Below, piece after piece: positions 1 to 7,618 of a stretch of 18,407 nt of DNA. The notes under the pieces are model-generated. The model saw only the letters and a program-made list of their open reading frames with translations. It searched no databases and was not told the DNA's origin. Both the position numbers and the translations under genes were made by a program. The stretch is from Promethearchaeota archaeon. Lineage in GTDB: Archaea > Asgardarchaeota > Thorarchaeia > Thorarchaeales > Thorarchaeaceae. Each line of letters starts with the position of its first letter. Position 1 is the first letter of the stretch. The stretch spans positions 1-18,407 of the forward strand of contig JBHLPF010000051.1 in NCBI GenBank assembly GCA_048939765.1. The letters are read 5' to 3'.

Positions 1-150
1 CGAGTATGCTGAGCTGCGAAAGGAATTGAGCATCTGGAAAACACTGGGGAAGAGCGGTTATCCTAGACGGAACAAACAGAGAAGACGCGCATTCACGAGC
101 AGATAGGCGAGATGATACAGCAGGGCATCTGGAGAAAGATGCTCTTCTGA
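1..150 (+). CDS. 3' end of a TPR-protein paralog of 253..2025, carrying a 1-nt deletion frameshift near 68-70 (recent lesion or sequencing error)
   Basis: Frame 2 (2-70) reads EYAELRKELSIWKTLGKSGYPRR. Frame 1 (70-150) reads EQTEKTRIHEQIGEMIQQGIWRKMLF*. Together they align to the C-terminus of the 590-aa ORF (NHEVLNREISIWGRLGEKKPTLREQTEKTRIHEQISNMIQQGLWRKMLF*). The linker is 20 nt here and 21 nt in the paralog. Confidence 0.85.
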
Positions 151-232
151 TTGATCGAAAGCCTCAGTTGATGAAAAGTGTTATTTCAAAATGGAAGCAT
201 CATAGAAGGATAGGGTATCATGCGAGAAGATT

Positions 233-238
233 AGGAGG
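233..238 (+). promoter_or_regulatory. Shine-Dalgarno-like AGGAGG upstream of the TPR gene
   Basis: AGGAGG at 233-238, 14 nt before TTG 253. The spacing is somewhat long. Confidence 0.45.
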
Positions 239-252
239 ACATTCTCACGAGT

Positions 253-2025
253 TTGGCACCAGATGAGTCGTTCCTTCCACGGTTTGAGAAGCTTGTCAAC
301 AACGAGAGATACAGAGAGTGTCTTGGTGAGATAGACAAGATTCCAAGGGACAAACTCGAGAAGGAAAACCAACTAAAAATTGGCGTTCTGGAGAGCCTAT
401 GCTATTACGAAATTGGAAACTTCAAGCAGGCATTCGAAACCGCACGAGTCGTTGTGGAGAATGGGAGGAATCTTCGAGCAAGCAAGACAATGCTAATAGA
501 GGGCCTTCTTAGGATGGCCGAAGCAGCATCGCAACTTCTTCAGATTGATGCGATTTTTGAGGCCAGCGAGGAAGCCGAGCAATTGAGACAAGAATTGCCA
601 AAGGATGACAGGTCGCTAAGCAAGTCGATTAGAGCAAGTATCCTCTATGTTGAGTCTATCGGCTGGTTCCTTAGGGATGATGTCCATAGAGGCATTGACT
701 GGGCCCAAGAGAGTCTTTCAATACGACAACAAGTGAAGGACTTGCCGGGCATAGTTTCAAGTCTAATGCGCTTAGGACATCTTCAACTTGAAGATGACAC
801 AAATAAAGGCCTAGAATATCTGGAAAAAGGGCTTGAGTTGAATAAAGACCGACAAAAGAAACACATCATACAGACTCTTCAGCATAAGGGAACGATTCAG
901 GTGATAAATGGCAACTGGAATGAGGCCGAGGAGCTCTTGCTCCAGAGTATTAGTCTTGCCAAAGAACATGACTTGGGAAGATGGGTTCCAACTGGTCTAA
1001 TCCGCCTTGCAGATTTATACATGGCTAAAGGAGAGTATCTACAAGCACAGGAGTATTATCAAACATGCCTCGTTTTAAGCGAGGAAGCAGGTGCTGGGCT
1101 ATTAATCTCAATGAGCACTAATAACCTCGGCGAGATACATAGAGCGGGAGGGAATCTTGGCGAGGCTTTGTTGCGTTATGAAGAATGCATGAGGATTAAC
1201 AAGAAAGCGAACCGAATGAGAGGCTACGTTGTGGCTCTTGCTAACTGCGGAATGATTCATTATGCAAGAGGAGATTTGAAAGAGGCAATACAAGTCCTAG
1301 AGGAATCGTTATCGATATCCAAAGAGAAGACTTGGGGGACTTCATTCAATCCTATAGAATGGGGAACCCTATACACTGTTCTGGTCCTGGTTGAAATGGG
1401 CGAAATCAAGAGGGCACAGAATCATGTAGAGTACTTACAGAGATTGGTCGAGAATAGCTCAAGGGAAGTTCTCAAGCAAATTTACTACTTAGCGGCGTCT
1501 ATAGTAATGAAATCAAGCACTCTGTCCAAAAACAGAGCATTGGCGAAGAAGTATCTTACAGAGGTAGTAAATGGAAAGCTGTATGATTTCGAGGTCAGCT
1601 CCATGGCGCATTTTCTTCTATATGACCTCTTAATTGAGGACCTAAGAATATCTGATGATAGAAGCTTGCTTGATGAGTTGAAAATGCATATGACTAGCTT
1701 CTCCGAAACTATTCTTAGCCAAGGTTCAACAAGTCTGCAGGTGGAGATTCTACTTCTTCAATCCAAGATATCAATACTTGAGTTTGAAATAGACAAAGCA
1801 AATTGTTTCTTGAATCAGGCAAGAAGTTTCGCAGAAGAGAAGGGTCTTGGAAGGCTGTTGGAGAGAATAGAAGATAATCATGAAGTTTTGAATAGAGAGA
1901 TTAGTATCTGGGGAAGACTTGGTGAGAAGAAGCCCACGCTGAGAGAGCAAACAGAGAAGACTCGCATCCATGAACAGATTAGCAATATGATACAGCAGGG
2001 CCTGTGGAGAAAGATGCTCTTCTGA
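253..2025 (+). CDS. Tetratricopeptide repeat (TPR, MalT/TPR_12-like) protein, 590 aa
   Basis: About 40-aa helical repeats with TPR consensus, e.g. LADLYMAKGEYLQAQEYYQTCL, NLGEIHRAGGNLGEALLRYEECM, NCGMIHYARGDLKEAIQVLEESL. TTG start. Confidence 0.88.
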   Translation: MAPDESFLPRFEKLVNNERYRECLGEIDKIPRDKLEKENQLKIGVLESLCYYEIGNFKQAFETARVVVENGRNLRASKTMLIEGLLRMAEAASQLLQIDAIFEASEEAEQLRQELPKDDRSLSKSIRASILYVESIGWFLRDDVHRGIDWAQESLSIRQQVKDLPGIVSSLMRLGHLQLEDDTNKGLEYLEKGLELNKDRQKKHIIQTLQHKGTIQVINGNWNEAEELLLQSISLAKEHDLGRWVPTGLIRLADLYMAKGEYLQAQEYYQTCLVLSEEAGAGLLISMSTNNLGEIHRAGGNLGEALLRYEECMRINKKANRMRGYVVALANCGMIHYARGDLKEAIQVLEESLSISKEKTWGTSFNPIEWGTLYTVLVLVEMGEIKRAQNHVEYLQRLVENSSREVLKQIYYLAASIVMKSSTLSKNRALAKKYLTEVVNGKLYDFEVSSMAHFLLYDLLIEDLRISDDRSLLDELKMHMTSFSETILSQGSTSLQVEILLLQSKISILEFEIDKANCFLNQARSFAEEKGLGRLLERIEDNHEVLNREISIWGRLGEKKPTLREQTEKTRIHEQISNMIQQGLWRKMLF

Positions 2026-2037
2026 TTAGTTGCAAAA

Positions 2038-3510
2038 CTAAGCCTCCTCAAGCATTTGGATCTTGGAGAGAACCTTCTTGCGAAGAGTCTTCATACCTGG
2101 TGAGTCTGGAACAGCCAGAGCATCCTGAAGAGACTCTCTAGCCGAGTCAGCCCTTCCTTGCAAGAGCTGAAACTCTGACCTCATGAGATTATGACATATC
2201 AGGATCCCCGGCAGGCCACGATCTGCAGCAAGTTTCCGGAGTCTTGACATCCAAGGACCAGATGAATCTGCATCAGCAGTCGAGGGGTTCTTCTTGGCTA
2301 TGGCCAGCTCAGCCTCTGTTAGAGCAAGGAGGCAATATACAACATAGAGCAGAATATTCTGCCGCTCGTAGATGTCTAGGGCTTGTACCAAAGTCTGCAG
2401 AGCCGTTTCTGGATCACCAGTTGCTAATTCATAGAGACCCAGAACGTAGTAGTACTGACCCAATACGGCTTCGTGACCACTTCGAAAAGACAGCTCTTTT
2501 GCTATGTCAATGTGGTGAGCCGCTTTGTCTGGTGTTCCAAGATCGCTCAAGGAACGAGCCATCGCCAAATGCGACCAGATTTTTTCCCCTGAAGCGGCAG
2601 ATTGCAGTGCAGATTCAGCCCATGATAAAGCCCCCAAGTGATCATCAACGTTTCGATGAGCATGAGAGAGGTTAAGAGCGGCGAAGTATCCCGAGCGGCC
2701 CTCACGCTCTTCTATGCGGAAACTATTCAGGTGGCATTCCATTGCTAGGTCAAATTCGCCGAGTATCGTTGATACCAGACCCATTTCGTTTAGAATGACG
2801 CTCTCATCATGTCTTGTATCTAGCTCTGTACAGATGAGATGGGCACTCTCAAGATGATCTAATGCCGAGCGCACGTCCGAGTTCTTCGTCAGATTAGCGA
2901 GATCAATTAGGAGCCTCATCACCCTATAGCGGTCATCATATTTCCGTGCAATCTCCAATCCCAGTGCAATCTCCGAGATTGCACTGTTCAGATCATCATC
3001 CATCACATATAGCCAACACTTGACATTGTGAAGCCCAGACTTGAAACATTCCAGGTCGGGATTACTTGCCATGATATTGTCGATGTCTTCGATGAAGCCA
3101 CTGAACTCTGTCAGGAGACCCAAGAAACCTTCGCACACCTGAGGGAACTGAACCAGAATCCAGTCCTCAGGCTTCGCTGCAATTGCATCCTCAATGGACT
3201 TTCGAATTTGAGCAACCTCTCCCTCTGATTCGCCCGAAATTCTCTGGTGAAAGGTCCAAGGTCTGATAATAGCATTCTCTCGATGTGCTTCGGCCAGTCG
3301 TTGCATTACATCCGCTTCAGACAATTGCCACGCGTGGCGAGCGGTCATGTAGACAAGATGAAAAGGAACGGATTCTTTGCTGGCTTTGCTGGCCAGATTG
3401 AGTACGAATTCACGATAGGATTGCGAGCTGTTTGAGATGGCCTCGATCATACTTCTTGTTTCAGATTCGAGAAAGGGATAGTACATAGTGATTGTGCCAA
3501 GCGGCTTCAT
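2038..3510 (-). CDS. TPR-containing alpha-solenoid protein, 490 aa
   Basis: TPR-like repeats NEMGLVSTILGEFDLAMECHLNS and LGLYELATGDPETALQTLVQALDIY. The N-terminal MKPLGTITMYYPFL resembles an expanded Thorarchaeia protein family (from recall, not verified). Confidence 0.82.
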   Translation of the reverse strand: MKPLGTITMYYPFLESETRSMIEAISNSSQSYREFVLNLASKASKESVPFHLVYMTARHAWQLSEADVMQRLAEAHRENAIIRPWTFHQRISGESEGEVAQIRKSIEDAIAAKPEDWILVQFPQVCEGFLGLLTEFSGFIEDIDNIMASNPDLECFKSGLHNVKCWLYVMDDDLNSAISEIALGLEIARKYDDRYRVMRLLIDLANLTKNSDVRSALDHLESAHLICTELDTRHDESVILNEMGLVSTILGEFDLAMECHLNSFRIEEREGRSGYFAALNLSHAHRNVDDHLGALSWAESALQSAASGEKIWSHLAMARSLSDLGTPDKAAHHIDIAKELSFRSGHEAVLGQYYYVLGLYELATGDPETALQTLVQALDIYERQNILLYVVYCLLALTEAELAIAKKNPSTADADSSGPWMSRLRKLAADRGLPGILICHNLMRSEFQLLQGRADSARESLQDALAVPDSPGMKTLRKKVLSKIQMLEEA

Positions 3511-3537
3511 GCTCTGATGCCTACCGACTACAGCTTT

Positions 3538-3547
3538 GATATATATC
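3538..3547. promoter_or_regulatory. Palindromic TATA-like element in the divergent intergenic region
   Basis: GATATATATC is a perfect palindrome 27 nt upstream of the minus-strand ATG at 3510, a typical archaeal TATA distance for a leaderless transcript. Confidence 0.5.
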
Positions 3548-3653
3548 GGATATAATCCACGAGATGAGTCTTTCCACTTGCGGAGTCATCTTGAAACATA
3601 ATGACATAACTTATGAAGTGGAAGGAATTTATGAGAAATTGGTGGTATCTTCT

Positions 3654-4076
3654 TTGGAGGTCGAAGGATTCCATTTCCCATTGGAACTATATTACCATCC
3701 AGACCACACATGGGCAAGAATTGAGGGTGACAGAGTTCGCGCAGGAATCACGCCATATGCAGTTCATCTTGCTGGGGAGATTAGGGCAATTACACCCCGG
3801 CCTGTGGGGAAAGAGATTATGATCGGGGGGCCCATTGCTACACTCGAGAGCAACAAGTGGGTAGGGCCCATGAGGAATCCTGTGTCCGGAGTTGTCGTTG
3901 AATCAAACTCTGCCCTCGAAAAGGACTACAGCCCCCTGATCAGCGACCCCTATGGTGACGGTTGGATTTGCGTCCTTAAACCATCTAGTCTTCAAGAAGA
4001 CTTGAAACAGCTCTTTCATGGGGAAGAATCTGTGAGTGAGTGGATCATAATGGAGATTCGAGGAAAGGGTGGTTGA
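3654..4076 (+). CDS. gcvH: Glycine cleavage H-protein family lipoyl carrier (GcvH/LbpA-like), about 140 aa
   Basis: LYYHPDHTWAR, GITPYA, LESNKWVGP (lipoyl-Lys motif), PVSGVVVESN, DPYGDGWI. The start was moved from 3564 to the in-frame TTG 3654, which has a GGTGG SD at 3641-3645 and matches where family homology begins. Confidence 0.9.
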   Translation: MEVEGFHFPLELYYHPDHTWARIEGDRVRAGITPYAVHLAGEIRAITPRPVGKEIMIGGPIATLESNKWVGPMRNPVSGVVVESNSALEKDYSPLISDPYGDGWICVLKPSSLQEDLKQLFHGEESVSEWIIMEIRGKGG

Positions 4077-4084
4077 AACCCATA

Positions 4085-5026
4085 TCATGCTCTTTCCAAA
4101 ATGCCAGTCAGACAGCCTATGCCTCCAGCTGCTTTTGTTACCTCACTTATGTCAACCAGTTGACAGCTCAGTCCTAGGTCCTCATAAAACGCCTGTGTCT
4201 TGGGATTACCATCTGCAGTCAGAATTCGTTTTGGTCCTAATGCAACGAAGTTCATTGATAGGCCAAATGTCATCTCGGACTCGTCGGGCGCGAAATGCGT
4301 AGAGAATCCATGTTCATGTAGCACTTCCAGAGTTTTGCCAGAGACTCTACCAGGTCTACAAATTGCGAGGTCCTGGTCTGCAAAGCGAACGTCGCCCATG
4401 AGATGCATTGAGCCTGGTGGAATTTCGACTCCAACGGTTCCAACCCCCATCTCCATCAGAAGGCTTGACACCTGTGAAGCACCCTCCCTGTTGGTGCGAA
4501 AACCAACTCCGATTATGACTGTATCAGAATTGAGCCATGCTGCATCAGCACCTTCGAATGTGCCATTCCCGCGGATACTTTTCAGGACAGGAATGCCCAG
4601 TCTAGACAATGACTCAGCAATGAATCGCTCCTCACCGGCGCGTACAGATGATGCTGGGCGAGCGAGAATGACGCCCTCAGGTGTTGTGAAGAGTAAGTCT
4701 GCTACGAACATTAGATTAGGAGGCGGCTTGACTGAAGGTTCTACATAGGACACCACTACGCCTGCGTCCCTGAATGCAGCTGCAATGTGACCATGCTGCT
4801 TCGTGATGACTTCTATGAATGGTATCTCAATCATCTGCACCTTGTCTGGATCTGAGATACCAGTGAGTTCGATTCCTGGGCAATGGAGGAGCACTCTCTT
4901 GAGACGAGTCCACTCGGTGTCTACTCCACAAGAACTCCATATGGTTCCAATCTCCTCCTTCATCGATCTCTTCCGCGGGGACCATCCCTTGCCCCCATAT
5001 GGAGAGGCGTTTGACCGGTCTTTCAT
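4085..5026 (-). CDS. Amidinotransferase / arginine deiminase / dimethylarginine dimethylaminohydrolase (pentein) family protein, about 313 aa
   Basis: TEWTRLKRVLLHCPG, PNLMFVAD, RAGE, FEGAD, RTN, MHL and C-terminal GGIGCLT (catalytic Cys). The start was moved to ATG 5026 because the track start at 5122 overlaps dodecin. Confidence 0.87.
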   Translation of the reverse strand: MKDRSNASPYGGKGWSPRKRSMKEEIGTIWSSCGVDTEWTRLKRVLLHCPGIELTGISDPDKVQMIEIPFIEVITKQHGHIAAAFRDAGVVVSYVEPSVKPPPNLMFVADLLFTTPEGVILARPASSVRAGEERFIAESLSRLGIPVLKSIRGNGTFEGADAAWLNSDTVIIGVGFRTNREGASQVSSLLMEMGVGTVGVEIPPGSMHLMGDVRFADQDLAICRPGRVSGKTLEVLHEHGFSTHFAPDESEMTFGLSMNFVALGPKRILTADGNPKTQAFYEDLGLSCQLVDISEVTKAAGGIGCLTGILERA

Positions 5027-5060
5027 CTGCAGCACCGAAAGCGGCTTCCAAGAAAATGTG

Positions 5061-5089
5061 ATGGCAAGGGAGTCAACCGCCCTCGCCAC
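5061..5089 (-). terminator. Stem-loop downstream of dodecin (candidate terminator or processing site)
   Basis: Minus-strand GUGGCGAGGG-(9 nt)-CCCUUGCCAU forms a 10-bp stem with two G-U pairs, followed by CACAUUUUCU. Confidence 0.45.
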
Positions 5090-5108
5090 TCTCAACCTAT
5101 AATCGAGA

Positions 5109-5324
5109 CTACTCCTTCTCATACTTGAAACTCAATGTGACTCGAGCCCGGTAGGCAACAATCTTACCATCCTCAAGTTTGACATCGAGCTTCTTTACCT
5201 CGGCAATTCGAAGATCACGCAGGTTCTTGCTAGCTTTAGCCACTATTGTCGCCACAGCATCCTCCCAGCTCTTAGCACTGGTGCCCACTAGGTCGATTAT
5301 TTTGTATACGCTATTCTCTTCCAT
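5109..5324 (-). CDS. Dodecin family flavin-binding protein, 71 aa
   Basis: SVYKIIDLVGTSAKSWEDA...ASKNLRDLRIAEV...DGKIVAYRARVTLSFK is the dodecin signature. ATG 5324 is preceded by a GGAGTG SD. Confidence 0.93.
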   Translation of the reverse strand: MEENSVYKIIDLVGTSAKSWEDAVATIVAKASKNLRDLRIAEVKKLDVKLEDGKIVAYRARVTLSFKYEKE

Positions 5325-5447
5325 GTCTCTCACTCCGAAAAGAGTATGATATATTCTATGCATTCTTGGACAAAAGGATTGCTGGAGGTGTGAAAACCTG
5401 CGTTTCCATCTGTTTCAGACGGATATCAGCTTTGAACAGTTCTTTGT

Positions 5448-5705
5448 CTATCGAGTTGTCTGAATCTCAGCACTTATGACACTATCACAGTTCGAACAGA
5501 CAAGCATATTGACAAGAGGGGGATTGTCCCTCAACCTACCATATTGAGACCTAATTACTCCTCTCGCCATTCTTGACATTCTCCCTACGTAGGCGTCAAG
5601 GCTGGAAAAGAACTCTTCATCAAATTCTGAAACAAAAGCTCCTGCTAGCTTTATTCGTAATTCCTCAGAACAATACGGGCATTTTGGCATGCTTGTACTT
5701 CTCAT
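5448..5705 (-). CDS. Small putative zinc-ribbon protein (CPYC...CSNC), 80-85 aa
   Basis: Two CxxC pairs at opposite ends of the protein (MPKCPYC, LVCSNCDSVI). Alternative start at ATG 5690. Confidence 0.72.
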   Translation of the reverse strand: MRSTSMPKCPYCSEELRIKLAGAFVSEFDEEFFSSLDAYVGRMSRMARGVIRSQYGRLRDNPPLVNMLVCSNCDSVISAEIQTTR

Positions 5706-5777
5706 CTCTGCATATTTACTCTTGCGCCATCATCCTTAAGTCCCTGCAGTGACCATTTCCGATGAGGAAATTCGGAT

Positions 5778-6101
5778 TTGAAACTTAATCCATGTGGTCA
5801 TGTCTGTGACGTCTGCCCTAGCTATAAGGGTGAAGACGAACGTCAATGTTCGGGCTGCCTAGCTTCAGAGGGAAATCCATGGTGGGGTAAATGTAGATTG
5901 TACGAGTGCACTATCTCGAAGGGAGTGAGTCATTGTGGACTCTGTAGAGAGTTCCCCTGTCACCTTCAGGTCGGACATTTCAATCCATCCAATCCGAAAG
6001 GTCAACGGAACGCGGTCATGCGAACCGGTGTGCTTGCATATTGGGCAAAGCATGGTGAAGACAAGACAGTCGAGTTAGTCAAGAGAGTTCATGGAATCTG
6101 A
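5778..6101 (+). CDS. DUF3795-like Cys-rich metal-binding protein, 107 aa
   Basis: Pattern PCGHVCDVCPSY...CSGC...CRLYEC...HCGLCREFPC matches DUF3795. TTG start with GAGG upstream. Confidence 0.82.
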   Translation: MKLNPCGHVCDVCPSYKGEDERQCSGCLASEGNPWWGKCRLYECTISKGVSHCGLCREFPCHLQVGHFNPSNPKGQRNAVMRTGVLAYWAKHGEDKTVELVKRVHGI

Positions 6102-6192
6102 ACCTATGCTCTGCTTCTTGTGATGGTTTATCTCTCCGAATTCAAGAACAGATAATAATCGGCAAATACCAGCCTGATGAGGAGATTGTGAT

Positions 6193-7611
6193 ATGAGTAG
6201 CTCGGAGAAGCTCAGTCGGAAAAACCTCTGGGGTTATGCGTTTGGTTCAATTCCCACTGGGCTCTTGGGATTCGTTTTTAGCTTCAAGTACATCGAGTTT
6301 TTCTTTGACGACCTTGCACTCCTTCCTTCATTTTTCATTCTTGGACAGATTATCTACATGACTATCAACTCACTGAACGATCCGCTATCTGGGCAGCTGT
6401 CAGATAGAACCGACAGGGAACGATGGGGGAGCAGGCGGCTTATCTACATCAAATACGGCGGTCCAATCTGGGCACTCACCTTTCTCCTTGTGTGGTTCCC
6501 ATGGAGTCTTACAAATCAGATTATAATATTCCTACACTATGTAGTGACAATCTGTCTCTTTGACACGATGTACACTCTGGTCATTCTCCTCTGGCTTGCC
6601 CTGCTTCCCGAGATGACCATGGACATTGATGAGCGTAATAAGGCTCAGTTCTTCGCAACCGTTTTGGGCACCGTTGTGACCCTACCTGTCTTCATAATAA
6701 TCGCGAACATTACCCCCAATTCTGACCAGTTTAGAGCAATAATGTTCATCCTAGCCGCAATCTCTACCGTCTTCATCTTACTCACTGCTGCTATGTGCGA
6801 GGAGCGTCCTGAGTTCCAGAGTGACAAGGTCTTCACTCTAAAGGAATCAATCATTGCCACATTTCGATCAAGGGCATTTCTTGTCTATGCGGGGTTCTAT
6901 CTCTGTCAGAATATGCTGGGAAGCTTGGGCTTGAGTTACTTCTTCGTATATCTGCTTCTCTTGGAGAGTATAACGCCAGGACTAGACATCATTCTCCTAT
7001 TCTTTGTGATCTACTTCATAGTCGGATATTTGGGAAACATCATAGCAATCAGACTCCAGTCAAGATGGGGAATGAGAAGAATCATGCTTAGGTTCGGGAT
7101 TGTTAGAGTCATAGGTTCGCTAGTCCTTTTCCTCATCATACTTATACCATCTTTCGAATGGACTATATGGCTCGGACTCATTGTGATCACTCTTGCATCT
7201 GGTTACGGCATTTTCCACATTCCAATGCAGTACCTTGCAATAGATGAGGATGAGGTGCTTCACGGCTCACGGAGAGAGGGTATGTTCATCGGAGTAATGG
7301 CCCTGTTGACTCGTCCAGGGACAAGTCTTGGCCCCATAGTAGCCACCTTTATTCTTGCATCTTTTGGATACATCCAAGGGGGTGCGCTCGGAGATCAACC
7401 TGCGTCAGCCCTACTCGGGATCAAGATTCTCTGGTTGCTCGTGCCAGCAGTGGTAGCAGCTATAAGTTTAATCTTCATCTATTTCTATCCACTCCACGCT
7501 GGTGCCCTAGTAGAAATGCAGGAGAAACTAGAGAAGCTGCATAAGGAGAAGAGGGCGGCTTATCTAAGTTCAGAGGGTTCAGATTTAGAGTCTGAGAGAA
7601 TGGATACTTAG
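6193..7611 (+). CDS. MFS transporter of the GPH (glycoside-pentoside-hexuronide:cation symporter, MelB-like) family, 472 aa
   Basis: About 12 hydrophobic segments. Motifs NSLNDPLSGQLSDRT..RWGSRR, LLPEMT...ER, IDEDE....RREGMF and terminal YPL. GAGGAG SD at 6179-6184. Confidence 0.92.
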   Translation: MSSSEKLSRKNLWGYAFGSIPTGLLGFVFSFKYIEFFFDDLALLPSFFILGQIIYMTINSLNDPLSGQLSDRTDRERWGSRRLIYIKYGGPIWALTFLLVWFPWSLTNQIIIFLHYVVTICLFDTMYTLVILLWLALLPEMTMDIDERNKAQFFATVLGTVVTLPVFIIIANITPNSDQFRAIMFILAAISTVFILLTAAMCEERPEFQSDKVFTLKESIIATFRSRAFLVYAGFYLCQNMLGSLGLSYFFVYLLLLESITPGLDIILLFFVIYFIVGYLGNIIAIRLQSRWGMRRIMLRFGIVRVIGSLVLFLIILIPSFEWTIWLGLIVITLASGYGIFHIPMQYLAIDEDEVLHGSRREGMFIGVMALLTRPGTSLGPIVATFILASFGYIQGGALGDQPASALLGIKILWLLVPAVVAAISLIFIYFYPLHAGALVEMQEKLEKLHKEKRAAYLSSEGSDLESERMDT

Positions 7612-7618
7612 CATACGG

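Noticed and set aside
64-66. TAG in frame 1 as a pyrrolysine or readthrough codon
   Set aside because: Homology upstream of about 69 lies in frame 2, so a 1-nt deletion explains the data. Frame 1 also has TGA at 10-12.
2244-3435. Plus-strand ORFs inside the 490-aa TPR gene, and similar short ORFs nested in other CDSs (e.g. 8755..9201, 17635..18129, 17944..18336)
   Set aside because: They overlap stronger CDSs and have no family signal.
3564-3653. N-terminal extensions from the ORF track (also 5027-5122, 5325-5363, 9541-9561, 16579-16641)
   Set aside because: The extensions lack family homology and run through promoter-like or hairpin regions or neighbouring genes. Several of the downstream starts have better SD sequences.
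3511-3653. Glycine riboswitch upstream of gcvH
   Set aside because: The conserved aptamer elements (GGAGA...CCGAAG...CUCUCAGG) are not present.
4200-5102. Antisense or overlapping ORFs 4200..4748, 4803..5102, 4069..4302 and 4827..5051
   Set aside because: These are shadows of the amidinotransferase gene with Ser/Pro/Thr-rich composition and no motifs.
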